A stretch of DNA of 64,000 nucleotides, taken from Candidatus Iainarchaeum sp. Lineage in GTDB: Archaea; Iainarchaeota; Iainarchaeia; Iainarchaeales; JAZDDZ01. The notes under the pieces were generated by a model. That model was given only the letters and a program-made list of their open reading frames with translations, did not search any database and was not told the origin of the DNA. Every line of letters starts with the position of its first letter. Within the stretch, counting starts at the first letter, position 1. Location of the stretch: contig JAZDDZ010000054.1 in NCBI GenBank assembly GCA_043809245.1, positions 51,988-115,987 on the forward strand, written 5' to 3'. Below, one piece after another: positions 9,980 to 19,229 of this stretch. Position numbers and translations under genes: made by a program.

Positions 9980-10768
9980 TTGAATGCAACCGAACTCCTG
10001 TGGAAATTCAAGGCATCACTGCTGCTTTTATTTCTCATTCTCTTAAGCTATGTTTTGCTTTCAAAGGGCGCTTTCTTCATTCCACTTGAATCGCTTTTGG
10101 CGGTTTCATTCAACGCGCAGATGCCCCTGAATATTTTTTTCTACGAATTCATTCACACAGGCGTTTTCCACCTATCCGCAAACCTATTGTCGCTTCTCTT
10201 TTTCGCGCTTATTTTGGAGGCAGCGCTTTCCTCGCTTGATGTGGTGCTCGTGTTTCTTTTCTCCGGAACGCTTGCGGCAATTGTTTTTTCCTCGCTTAAC
10301 CCTGCAACTGCAATGATTGGCGCGAGCGCGGGAATAAGCGGATTGTTTGGCGCTGCGTTTTCATTGAAGCCCTTGAAAACGCTTATTGCGACGGCTGCGG
10401 CTTTGGCTCTTCTTTACTTTGCGGTTGCGCCCGCGCTTTCATTTGCAATCGGGGAATTTGAAGCAAACTCAACGCAAAAGATTTCAGCGCTTGAACTGGA
10501 TTTGAACAGGGCACGGGAACAGGGTGACCTGAACAAGGCTGCAGTGATTTCCAAAAAGCTAACTGAATCAAAAAAAGAGATTGAAAAATTCGGCGAGGGA
10601 AAAGAATTCGAAATCAAGACAAGCACTGATTTCTTTGTGCACGGCTATGCCGCCGCGTTCGGCTTCCTTTACGTTTTCTTATTCAGGAGAAAAAAGTTCT
10701 CGGAAGCAATGAAGGGGATAAGAGAGAAAAGAATTGCAGTTCAGGGAAAGATTTTTGGAAAAAAATAA
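9980..10768 (+). CDS. Rhomboid-family intramembrane serine protease
   Basis: FIH..HLSAN; GASAGISG catalytic Ser; late His (VHGYAAAFG); multiple TMs. Confidence 0.8.
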   Translation: MNATELLWKFKASLLLLFLILLSYVLLSKGAFFIPLESLLAVSFNAQMPLNIFFYEFIHTGVFHLSANLLSLLFFALILEAALSSLDVVLVFLFSGTLAAIVFSSLNPATAMIGASAGISGLFGAAFSLKPLKTLIATAAALALLYFAVAPALSFAIGEFEANSTQKISALELDLNRAREQGDLNKAAVISKKLTESKKEIEKFGEGKEFEIKTSTDFFVHGYAAAFGFLYVFLFRRKKFSEAMKGIREKRIAVQGKIFGKK

Positions 10769-10925
10769 GATTGGCTTAAAACAGCAGCCTGCTAAGTATT
10801 TATTTTTTAATGTCTGCCTCTCCTTATCCATTTTTCAGCGGAAGTTGTAATGTCCATGATTCACTTTCTTTGGTTCCTAGGTGATTCGCTTATTTTTTAG
10901 TTAATCATCTGTTTTTAGGGCGTCT

Positions 10926-11294
10926 TTAGTCAGCTATCCTCCTACGCGGTTTGTCTTTTAATTTGCGGCCTTTTCGGACAACTCCTCTTCTAGTTGCAGT
11001 CACGCGGTCGCCAGGATTTAACCCATACCTAATTCCAAGGTCATCAGCCTTTGCATCTATGCCCCCCATTAAATTTGCAGCCCCTACTTCGCGGCCAGCT
11101 ATCAGTGTTTGGGCTTTTGAGTATTTCCTTCTTTCTTTTCCTTCAGACAATACCTGCTGCCTTGAGAGATCTCTTCTCCCGAGATCTATGCCTGAAAGTC
11201 TTAAAACTTGGGCCGGGTATTCCCCGCCGCTACGTATAAGCCTACCTCTAAACGTGCTGACCCTATTACGTTTACGTTTTATTCTTTGCCTCAT
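10926..11294 (-). CDS. Hypothetical Arg/Lys-rich protein
   Basis: Open frame downstream of and co-oriented with trmB-like gene; very basic; no family recognised. Confidence 0.5.
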   Translation of the reverse strand: MRQRIKRKRNRVSTFRGRLIRSGGEYPAQVLRLSGIDLGRRDLSRQQVLSEGKERRKYSKAQTLIAGREVGAANLMGGIDAKADDLGIRYGLNPGDRVTATRRGVVRKGRKLKDKPRRRIAD

Positions 11295-11356
11295 TTTTGG
11301 TATTATTGCTCCAACCAATATAATCCATCCCCTTTTTTTGTTCAAACCACATTCAA

Positions 11357-12118
11357 TCACAATTTTTTTCCCTGTTTCCAGGAGTCGTCAAAGTGCTTTT
11401 GCAAGGCGTTAGCCATTGCCTTGTTGTCAGGCCAGATTGTGAAATGGTATTCCGGCTGGTCTTTTGAGAAATCGCTTAACGCCATTACAACTTTTTTTCC
11501 GTCAATTATGTAAGCGTGCATTCCATGGTCAAAGTCCTTTACTGTTGCGCCGTGCTCTGAGAAATCCTTTGCGAGCCTGGCGCTTTCACCCGCGATTTTT
11601 CCAATGAGCTTTATTTCGATTTTTTTTGCCTTGGCATTCTTAATGTGGTCCTTGAGTAAGTGCTGTTCTTTGGAGAAATGCGTGAAGCCGGAAACAGATT
11701 CCTTTGCGGAATCAATTTCCTGGCCTAAAATGCGGGTGAAATCACTTTTGTCCTTTACCTTCATTACCTTTTCAATTGCTTCCTTTTGGCCTTCGCCGCT
11801 GAAGCTTCCCCTCAAATCCTTGGCTTTTTCCTCCAATTCCTTTAAACTGGCTTTTTTTTCGGATATAAGTGAATCAAAAACCCTTCCAACTTCAACAGAG
11901 CGGTATTTCTTTGGCCTGCCGTAAATTTCAATGATCAGGCCTTTCTTTGTAAGGCGCTCCAATACATCGTAAACCCTTGTCTTTGGAACCTGTGCAATGC
12001 GGCTGATTTCAGGGGCCTCGGCTTCCCTTAACTTGAACAAAGCGTTAAGGCTCTTTGCCTCGTATTCAGTCAAGCCAAGGTTTTCAAGAAAACCGTGAAC
12101 CTCTGCTTCCGCCATCAA
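11357..12118 (-). CDS. TrmB-family transcriptional regulator
   Basis: LGLTEYEAK..VPKTRVYDVL..GRPKKY HTH; C-terminal effector-like domain. Confidence 0.9.
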   Translation of the reverse strand: MMAEAEVHGFLENLGLTEYEAKSLNALFKLREAEAPEISRIAQVPKTRVYDVLERLTKKGLIIEIYGRPKKYRSVEVGRVFDSLISEKKASLKELEEKAKDLRGSFSGEGQKEAIEKVMKVKDKSDFTRILGQEIDSAKESVSGFTHFSKEQHLLKDHIKNAKAKKIEIKLIGKIAGESARLAKDFSEHGATVKDFDHGMHAYIIDGKKVVMALSDFSKDQPEYHFTIWPDNKAMANALQKHFDDSWKQGKKL

Positions 12119-12325
12119 AACCGCCTCAACACATAAATATGGTAAAAAACATCAAATTATACTAAAGATAATGTCATAATTACTATATATAGTTTACTGC
12201 TTTCAGTTAAAAGGTGTCAGATGGATATTTCTGCATTTGACACACACCCTTCACACAACATTTTAATGAAAAGGTAGTGCAAAGGTAATGAAATATTTAA
12301 ATACTGTTTGTTGCAGTTTATTCTT

Positions 12326-12586
12326 ATGATTGTGGTCTGGACAAGGCATTCAAGGGAACGGTTCTTTGAGCGCCTGCTGATTTACGGTATAAACCTTGGA
12401 GAGGTTGAACAAAACATAATCGCGCAAAAAGTAAGGGAAAAGCAGGACGATAGAACTGTTAAAACAGTCTTCAAGGTTCTTGATTATTATTTTACTGTGA
12501 TAAAAGAGGAAACAAAAAAATATGCAAACGTTGTAAGCATCTGGGAGGCAAACGAAAAGGAGGTTGATTTATGGAGAAAAAAGTAG
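12326..12586 (+). CDS. DUF4258 / RelE-BrnT-like toxin
   Basis: WTRHSRERFFER motif; small; overlaps downstream Zn-finger antitoxin. Confidence 0.65.
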   Translation: MIVVWTRHSRERFFERLLIYGINLGEVEQNIIAQKVREKQDDRTVKTVFKVLDYYFTVIKEETKKYANVVSIWEANEKEVDLWRKK

Positions 12587-12900
12587 ATTGTGTCTTTTGC
12601 GGCGGCGAAACAGAGGTTAAATGCGAAACCATTGAATTGCTTGGCGGGAAGGTAACCCTGAAAGAACAGCCGTATTATTCTTGCAGGAAGTGTAAAAAGG
12701 AGTTTGTTTCAAGCGAACAAATGAGGGAAACGGAGAAACAGTTAAACTCTTTTTCAATAACACGGCAAATTGTTTCAACTGGAAGGAGCCTTGCGGTAAC
12801 GATTCCCGCTGACCTCGCGGAATTCTATAACCTGAAAAAAGGCGAAAAAGTGCAGCTCATCCCTGAAAGCAGGCATTTGCTAAAATTAAAAATGCATTAA
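12571..12900 (+). CDS. YgiT-type Zn-finger + AbrB/MazE antitoxin
   Basis: CxxC..CxxC followed by GRSLAVTIP..LKKGEKV. Confidence 0.8.
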   Translation: MEKKVDCVFCGGETEVKCETIELLGGKVTLKEQPYYSCRKCKKEFVSSEQMRETEKQLNSFSITRQIVSTGRSLAVTIPADLAEFYNLKKGEKVQLIPESRHLLKLKMH

Positions 12901-12966
12901 TTGCCTGCCCGGCAATACCGTATTATTCCTTTCGCAGCCCTAACTTTAAGGAAAAAGGTGTTATTC

Positions 12967-14631
12967 TTGGAGGAAAAGGTAAGGCAGCACGCACACCGTT
13001 ACGCGGTAAAAAATGCGTTCCTGCACTCTGGAAAAGCCGATTTGGGCGCGGTAGTGGGAAAAGTAATCGCATTAGAGAAAGGATTGGACTTCAAAAAGGC
13101 AATGCCAATCATAAAAGAAGAGGTAGACAAAGTAAACGCAATGGGCCTTGAAGAAATAAAGGCAGCATACGAAAAATTTGAAGGCTCCTATGAATTAAAG
13201 CCCAAAGAAAAAGTGCCCGGCCTAGAGCCACTTGAATGGGCTGAAAAAGGGGAAAAAGCCATTACGCGTTTTGCGCCAAACCCAAACGGCCCCTTTCATT
13301 TGGGCAATGCGCGTGCGGCAATCCTTTCACACGAATACGCACGCAAATATAATGGGCGCTTTTATCTTCGATTTGATGACACTGACCCCAAAGTGAAAAA
13401 GCCGATTGCAAACGCAAAAGAAGTGTTTTTGCATGACTTGCAGTGGCTTGGATGCAAAGTGGACGAGGTTTTCTTTGCCTCAGACAGGCTTGAAATTTAC
13501 TACGAGCACATGAAAAAACTAATTGAATTGGGCGGCGCATATGTATGCAGCTGTGAATCGCAAAAATGGCGTGAAATGACCAAGGAAAAAAAAGCCTGCC
13601 CGCACCGGGAAGTGGAGCCGAAAGAGCAGAAAAAACTGTTTGAGCAAATGCTTTCACATCAGCTAAAAGAAGGGCAGGCGGTTTTAAGGGTGAAAACTGA
13701 GTTGGACCACGCAGACCCAAGCATTCGCGACTGGTGGGCAGCAAAAATTGTTGATGAAGTCAATCATCCAAACAAAAACGCGCAGGGAAAACACGTTTGG
13801 CCCAGCTATAATTTCGCTTCCGCTGTTGACGACCACTTGCTTGGCACAACGCTTATTCTCCGCGGGCAAGAGCACGCGCAAAACCAGACAAAACAGGAGT
13901 TTTTGTACACCTACTTTGGATGGGTTTACCCCCATGCAATGCATTTCGGAAGAGTCAAATTAGAGGGAATGGTTTTAAGCACTTCAAAAATAGCGAAAGG
14001 AATAGAGGAAGGCCTTTACACTGGCTGGGATGACCCAAGGCTTGGCACGATAAAGGCTTTGAGGCGAAGGGGCTTTGACCCCCGCGCACTGAAAGAGGCA
14101 ATCATTGAAATCGGCGCAAAGCCAAATGATGCGACAATTGAAATGTCCAAGCTAAGCGACCTGGACAAAAAGTTCATTGAAAGCGAAAGCAGGCGCGCTG
14201 CATTCTTTGAAGAGCCGGTTAAACTTGACGTGATTTACGCACAGGAATCGGAAGTGGAAAAAGACGGAGTGCAGTTCTCCCTTGCCCCAGGCACACAAAC
14301 ATTCCTTGTGCCAAAAAAAGAACTGGAGCCATTAAAGGAGGGAAGCGTTATCCGCTTAAGGCAGGCTTACAACGTGCTTTTAAGGAAAAAAGACGAGTTC
14401 ACTGCAATCGGGGAATGGGCCGGTGCTGCAAAAAAAGACAAAAACATAATCAACTGGGTACTTAATCCAATGGACGTGGAAGTGCTTGACGCGAAAAACC
14501 AGAAGGTTTTAGGCGTGACAGAGGAATTCAATGCAAAAAAAGGCGACAGGCTTTGCTTTGACAAATTCGGCTATGTTATAGTTGAAGAGGCAAAAAACGG
14601 GAAAATTAACTGCATTTTCACGCACAAATAA
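12967..14631 (+). CDS. gltX: Glutamate--tRNA ligase
   Basis: TRFAPNPNGPFHLGN; RFDDTDP; RGQEH; GWDDPRL; GGTG SD before TTG 12967. Confidence 0.96.
   Translation: MEEKVRQHAHRYAVKNAFLHSGKADLGAVVGKVIALEKGLDFKKAMPIIKEEVDKVNAMGLEEIKAAYEKFEGSYELKPKEKVPGLEPLEWAEKGEKAITRFAPNPNGPFHLGNARAAILSHEYARKYNGRFYLRFDDTDPKVKKPIANAKEVFLHDLQWLGCKVDEVFFASDRLEIYYEHMKKLIELGGAYVCSCESQKWREMTKEKKACPHREVEPKEQKKLFEQMLSHQLKEGQAVLRVKTELDHADPSIRDWWAAKIVDEVNHPNKNAQGKHVWPSYNFASAVDDHLLGTTLILRGQEHAQNQTKQEFLYTYFGWVYPHAMHFGRVKLEGMVLSTSKIAKGIEEGLYTGWDDPRLGTIKALRRRGFDPRALKEAIIEIGAKPNDATIEMSKLSDLDKKFIESESRRAAFFEEPVKLDVIYAQESEVEKDGVQFSLAPGTQTFLVPKKELEPLKEGSVIRLRQAYNVLLRKKDEFTAIGEWAGAAKKDKNIINWVLNPMDVEVLDAKNQKVLGVTEEFNAKKGDRLCFDKFGYVIVEEAKNGKINCIFTHK
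14611..14631 (+). repeat. Direct repeat (gltX 3' end), left border of TA island
   Basis: TGCATTTTCACGCACAAATAA, 20/21 identical to 16383-16403. Confidence 0.85.
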
Positions 14632-14732
14632 AATGCCTCGCCAAAAAAGCGCTTCTTTAATGCATAAATAGGCCTTTGAACATTTTTCAGGCACATAAAA
14701 AGCCAATCGCCTTTTAAACTGTTTATTGCCAA

Positions 14733-14746
14733 TGAACATATGTTCA
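14733..14746. promoter_or_regulatory. Palindromic operator upstream of MNT-HEPN pair
   Basis: Perfect palindrome TGAACATATGTTCA just downstream of TTTTAAA box; extra half-site at 14753. Confidence 0.6.
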
Positions 14747-14768
14747 GTCTTAATGAACAGTGAGTTTT

Positions 14769-15386
14769 ATGCGAATGCTGCAAACCTTAATTGATTCGGA
14801 TGCGAAGACAAGGCTTTTGGAAAAGCTTTTTGAGAGGCCGGGCGTATCTTTATCCGTGTCAGAACTTGGAAGGATTGCTGGCTTGTCTAAGGCATCTGTC
14901 TCAAATATAGTTTCTGAATGGGAAAAATCCGGATTGGCGCTCTCGGCACACGAGGGCAGGAACAAGATGGTTTGCATTAACTGCAAGTTTTACCTGCTCC
15001 CTGAACTGAAAAGGATTTTCGAGAAAACTAAGGATTTTCAAAAGCCGTTAGTGGAGGAGCTAAGGAAAATGCCGAGCCTAAAAAACAAGGAAGTGAAAGC
15101 GGTAATAATGTTTGGCTCTAGGGCAGGAAAAGACTTCACACATTACTCGGATTTTGATGTGCTTGTCGTGGTGGAAAACAGCAACAGCAATTTGTCTGAA
15201 AGAATCATGGAAGAATCAGTAAAAGTGTCTGAAATAACAGGCATTCGTTTTTCACCAGTGATAATGGGCACAAAGGACTTCAATGACAGATGGAAAGAAA
15301 AAGACAAGTTCATACAAAACATACTTAAGGAAGGCAGGGCACTCAAAGGAGGGAAATGGATTGGGAACATTCAAGCATCACGCTGA
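14769..15386 (+). CDS. HTH + minimal nucleotidyltransferase (MNT) antitoxin
   Basis: N-terminal HTH (SVSELGR..SKASVS); FGSRA..SDFDVLVV. Confidence 0.88.
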   Translation: MRMLQTLIDSDAKTRLLEKLFERPGVSLSVSELGRIAGLSKASVSNIVSEWEKSGLALSAHEGRNKMVCINCKFYLLPELKRIFEKTKDFQKPLVEELRKMPSLKNKEVKAVIMFGSRAGKDFTHYSDFDVLVVVENSNSNLSERIMEESVKVSEITGIRFSPVIMGTKDFNDRWKEKDKFIQNILKEGRALKGGKWIGNIQASR

Positions 15387-15729
15387 CCTTGCAAGCGAAC
15401 GCTTCCAAGTGGCGGAAGAACAATTTGATGAAGAAAATTACCACACAGCAGCGCACCTTTACATTAACTCTGCAATAAATTACCATAACGCATTATGCCA
15501 GAAATTCCTAAAACAAATACCCTCACACAAACCGCATTCTGACACGAGTTACTTTAATGAACTCAGAAAGCCATTGGGCCCAGAATTCCAAAAATACACA
15601 GCCGCCTATCAATTCCTCATAGGATACAAGAGCCAGGCAGACTATGGAACAGAGCTCTCATTTGAAATTGCAAAGCAAATAAAGAGGAGGGCAAGGACAA
15701 TTAAAGAAATAGCAGAAGCCCTGCTGTAA
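15361..15729 (+). CDS. HEPN-domain protein
   Basis: Helical, follows MNT; KSQADY at the RxxADY position. Confidence 0.75.
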   Translation: MGTFKHHADLASERFQVAEEQFDEENYHTAAHLYINSAINYHNALCQKFLKQIPSHKPHSDTSYFNELRKPLGPEFQKYTAAYQFLIGYKSQADYGTELSFEIAKQIKRRARTIKEIAEALL

Positions 15730-15837
15730 AACAATTATTTTTTAGGGCAAACAACCATGAGTATAGGGGAAAATACAGTTAAAAGACCTGCCGCAAATGT
15801 TTATAATTTATTGGCTGCACAAAATTGTTGTGATTAT

Positions 15838-16044
15838 ATGCAGGTCCAAATTTCAAAAAAACTCGACAAAAAAATAAGGCAGGCATCAAAAACATTGGGC
15901 TTTGAAGAAAAAAAAATAGTTGAACGGGCAATTTTGTTTTATCTTTCGGCAGTGAAAAGCCAGCTTGAACTGAAAAGAGAATTCATTGAATGGGATTTGT
16001 TAAGTGACGAGGCACTCGGGTTATTTGAAAAGGGCTTGAAATGA
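15838..16044 (+). CDS. Putative RHH-type antitoxin
   Basis: 68 aa, ATGA overlap with MazF-like toxin; acidic C-term WDLLSDEAL. Confidence 0.7.
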   Translation: MQVQISKKLDKKIRQASKTLGFEEKKIVERAILFYLSAVKSQLELKREFIEWDLLSDEALGLFEKGLK

Positions 16045-16367
16045 ATAAAGGCGAAATCTGGAATGTTGAAATTCCAGCCTCAAATGGCCACGAGCAAAGC
16101 GGTTTAAGGCCTGCTTTGGTTTTATCCGAAGGGGAAGCGGGAATAGCAATTATCGCACCTTTTACAGCCAATCTCCAAGCCATGAGATACAATTATACAG
16201 TAAGCGTAGGCCCTTCAAAATCAAACGGCTTAACCATTGATTCAGTTGCACTCGTATTTCAGTTGCGCGCAATTGACTCTAAAAGGCTGAAAAACAGGAT
16301 AGGCAAACTTGAAGAAAAACCATTAAGGGAAATTGAAGCACTGATTAAACGGCTGCTGAAAATTTAG
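16041..16367 (+). CDS. PemK/MazF family toxin
   Basis: KGEIW..GHEQSGLRPALVLS; QLRAIDSKRL..IGKL. Confidence 0.92.
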   Translation: MNKGEIWNVEIPASNGHEQSGLRPALVLSEGEAGIAIIAPFTANLQAMRYNYTVSVGPSKSNGLTIDSVALVFQLRAIDSKRLKNRIGKLEEKPLREIEALIKRLLKI

Positions 16368-16382
16368 CGGCAAAAAGTGCAG

Positions 16383-16403
16383 TGCATTTTCACGCACAAG
16401 TAA
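16383..16403 (+). repeat. Direct repeat (orphan copy of gltX 3' end), right border of TA island
   Basis: TGCATTTTCACGCACAAGTAA; flanking frame reads KVQCIFTHK* versus gltX KINCIFTHK*. Confidence 0.85.
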
Positions 16404-16418
16404 GGGTTCCTGATCAGG

Positions 16419-17840
16419 ATGAGCACTGCAGCAAGAATCGCAAAAAACACTTTTTTCCTTGCATCAGGGCAGATTGCCTGGCTGTTTCTCTCCCTGCTCC
16501 TTTTAGCGGTTGCAGGCAGGCAGCTGGGTGTTGATGATTTCGGAAAATACGCCTTTGCATTCTCCTTTGCCGCAATATTCCTTGCATTCACTGAAATGGG
16601 CTTCGGGCAATTGATTGTGAGGGATGTCGCAAGGGAAAAAAGCCTAACGGAAAAATACCTTGGAAACATTTTTTCAGCAAAGCTATTGCTTGGCTTAGCG
16701 GCTTTCGCGCTTGCCGCATTGCTCGTGAATCTTTTGGGTTACCCTGCTGACACGAAAACCGCGGTCTACCTCTTAAGCGCCTACACCGTGCTTTCCTCTC
16801 TCGCGGGGCTTGCGAAAAACGTTTTCCGCGCACACGAAAAAATGAAATACGAAAGCGCGATAACTGTTTCAGCCAAAACCCTCAATGTTGCGCTGGGTGT
16901 TGCAGCGCTTTTTTTGGGCTATGGGCTCATAGGGCTTTGCCTTGCATTCCTTTTATCAGGGGCATTTGAATTCATTGCCTCATTTTTTTTGCTGTCATGG
17001 AAAATCTCGCGCTTCAGGCCTGAAATTGATTTCGTTTTCTGGCGCAGGATTTTTTCAGATGCCGCTGCATTCGTTGCAATCGCGTTCATTGCCTCGCTTT
17101 ACGGAAGCGCAAACCAGTTGCTCCTGTCATTCTTTAACGGCGACACCGCAACAGGAATATTCGGCGCAGCATTCAAGCTCATTGAAGGATTTGAAATGCT
17201 GCCCTGGCTTTTCATTGCAGCAGTGTTTCCCGCGCTTTCGCTTTTCTTTTCCTCTTCCAGGGAACTGCTGCAGAAAACCTATTCAAAGGCATTCAAGCTG
17301 CTGTTCATGATAGGGCTTCCCTTTGCGGTAGGGGTTACTTTAACCTCTGATAAAATAATCTCCCTTGTATTCGGAACAGAATTCATTGGCGCAGCCACAG
17401 TTCTCACTATTCTTGCATGGGCTTCGCTTTTGAAAACCCTTAACTCGCTTGACGTATCCCTGCTTTTTGCTGCAAACCAGCAGAAAAAAGTGCTTGGTTT
17501 TGCAGCTGCAAGCGCATTAATTGCATTGGCAGTGCAGCTTGCATTCATCAAGGAAAGCTTTTTCGGCGCTGCAGGGGCGCTTATTGCCGCAGTGTTTTTC
17601 GGCTTCACTGCAAACCACTTAAATGCGCGAAAAATCTGCCGCACCGGGGAAAATGCTTTCATCCTAAAATCATGCATTGCCGCAATTGCAATGGCCTTGT
17701 TTCTCCTCTTTTTTGCATGGATTGAAGTGATTGCATTGATTGTTTTTGCGGCAGCGATTTACTTTGCGGCATTGCTTTTGCTGAAGGGAATTTCAACGGA
17801 AGAAATTGGGATGGCAAGGAAAGCAATTGGCTTGAACTAA
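16419..17840 (+). CDS. Wzx/MOP-family polysaccharide flippase
   Basis: RIAKNT; LGVDDFGKY; EMGFGQLIVRDVA; ~12-14 TMs. Confidence 0.9.
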   Translation: MSTAARIAKNTFFLASGQIAWLFLSLLLLAVAGRQLGVDDFGKYAFAFSFAAIFLAFTEMGFGQLIVRDVAREKSLTEKYLGNIFSAKLLLGLAAFALAALLVNLLGYPADTKTAVYLLSAYTVLSSLAGLAKNVFRAHEKMKYESAITVSAKTLNVALGVAALFLGYGLIGLCLAFLLSGAFEFIASFFLLSWKISRFRPEIDFVFWRRIFSDAAAFVAIAFIASLYGSANQLLLSFFNGDTATGIFGAAFKLIEGFEMLPWLFIAAVFPALSLFFSSSRELLQKTYSKAFKLLFMIGLPFAVGVTLTSDKIISLVFGTEFIGAATVLTILAWASLLKTLNSLDVSLLFAANQQKKVLGFAAASALIALAVQLAFIKESFFGAAGALIAAVFFGFTANHLNARKICRTGENAFILKSCIAAIAMALFLLFFAWIEVIALIVFAAAIYFAALLLLKGISTEEIGMARKAIGLN

Positions 17841-18916
17841 TCAGTGCCTGAATCGCCAGTTGAATAATTCCCGCCGACTATCCTTACAGCGAACTCGCTT
17901 AACGAATAAATAGTGTAACCATTGTCTTTTTCCTTGCAAATCAAGGGCTTTGTAACGCCTTTTCTCTCCATGTACTCTTTTTTTGCGTTAAGGCATAAAA
18001 GCGACAATTGTTTTCCCACTGTTCCAATTGAACTGCCTGTCCTGACCGATATTTCGGTTAAACTCATTGGGCTTTCGCTTAAAAGTGAAACAATGGAGCG
18101 CTGCAATGGGGTAAGGCGCTCCATTACATTGGTTTCATCCTGTGGCGCGGTTTCCTCTGCTGTTGTTGTGGCCTGTGGTGCCTCAATAACCGCTTTTTCG
18201 CCTAAATCCTTTTTCACTTCATCCAGCATTATTTCTTCATCCGCTGAATGGAATTCATGCAGTTTTATTATGGTTTTCTTGCAGTTCAATAAAAAATTCC
18301 TTGGATTGCCCTTTGAGTTTTCCGCAAAATAGTCAACCGTCTGTTCATGCAGGGGATTTGTGCCGTTAAGCCTTTTGCCTAAAATTTCCTTTAATTCCTC
18401 TTTTGTAAGGCGCCTTAGCATTAGGTCTTCGGCTAACCTGTTTCCAAAACAGCTTGAAACCGCTGCATTGTTTTTTTCAGTCAAGGAAATGATAATTGAA
18501 TGGACTTCATCAGCGTCATACAAGCCCTTTAAGTAATTGCATTGGCTTGCCAAAAGCAAATGCGCTTCGTCTACAAGCAAAACCTTTTTGTTTTTGCCTA
18601 AAACACGGATTCTCTGCAAAAACCTGACTAAAGCGTTTTTTTTGGAGAAAATCTTCGGCACCTTGTTGAAACCGTCAAAAGCGGAAAAATAATGCGCGTC
18701 AAAGCCCTTTAATCCGTTTATTTTTTTATCCATTAACTTTAGCAAAGAAGTCTTGCCTAAACCCTGCTCGCCTTTTAACTGTATTACGTTGCCTGAAAGC
18801 AAATGATTTGAAATAGTTTTCTCTTCGCTTTCCCTTCCAATCAAATCAATTGAAGGCTTTACAGATAAAGGGTCTGCGTTATAGCCGTATCGTTCAAACC
18901 ATGTTTCAAATCCTAT
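17837..18916 (-). CDS. AAA+ ATPase (ExeA/GspA-like N-terminus) with C-terminal winged HTH; probable ATA start
   Basis: Walker A GEQGLGKT, Walker B LLVDEAH, GNPR; C-terminal HTH; in-frame extension WFERYGYNADPLSVKP behind GGTGG SD. Confidence 0.8.
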   Translation of the reverse strand: MGFETWFERYGYNADPLSVKPSIDLIGRESEEKTISNHLLSGNVIQLKGEQGLGKTSLLKLMDKKINGLKGFDAHYFSAFDGFNKVPKIFSKKNALVRFLQRIRVLGKNKKVLLVDEAHLLLASQCNYLKGLYDADEVHSIIISLTEKNNAAVSSCFGNRLAEDLMLRRLTKEELKEILGKRLNGTNPLHEQTVDYFAENSKGNPRNFLLNCKKTIIKLHEFHSADEEIMLDEVKKDLGEKAVIEAPQATTTAEETAPQDETNVMERLTPLQRSIVSLLSESPMSLTEISVRTGSSIGTVGKQLSLLCLNAKKEYMERKGVTKPLICKEKDNGYTIYSLSEFAVRIVGGNYSTGDSGTD

Positions 18917-19229
18917 AAAACCACCCTGTGAAAAAATTTATTTCCTGACTAAAACCATTAACTGATTAACTAAACACCAGACTTATTTTTAAACCAAACA
19001 ATTTTTAAGCAAATAACTGCAGCCAGATGCAAAAAAGTTCCCGTGAAAGTGTAAGATTTTTTGAAAAACACGCTAAAAGAGCAGTTTTAACCTGACTACT
19101 CTGCCTAAACCTTGACTAACCTTTAACGTTTATAAAACCGAACAGCGCTTATTGGTTAAGAGATAAAAAAATTTCAATTAAACATAGTTACCGTGGTCTT
19201 CGACCACAAAAAGACGAGGTGGGAAAAAA

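Noticed and set aside
10951-11412. 153-aa plus-strand ORF
   Set aside because: It overlaps trmB and the minus-strand basic ORF; its composition looks like an antisense shadow.
17837-19229. AAA-wHTH gene plus adjacent repeats as Orc1/Cdc6 and replication origin
   Set aside because: The N-terminus is ExeA-like, Cdc6 signature motifs are not evident, and no ORB G-string boxes are visible.
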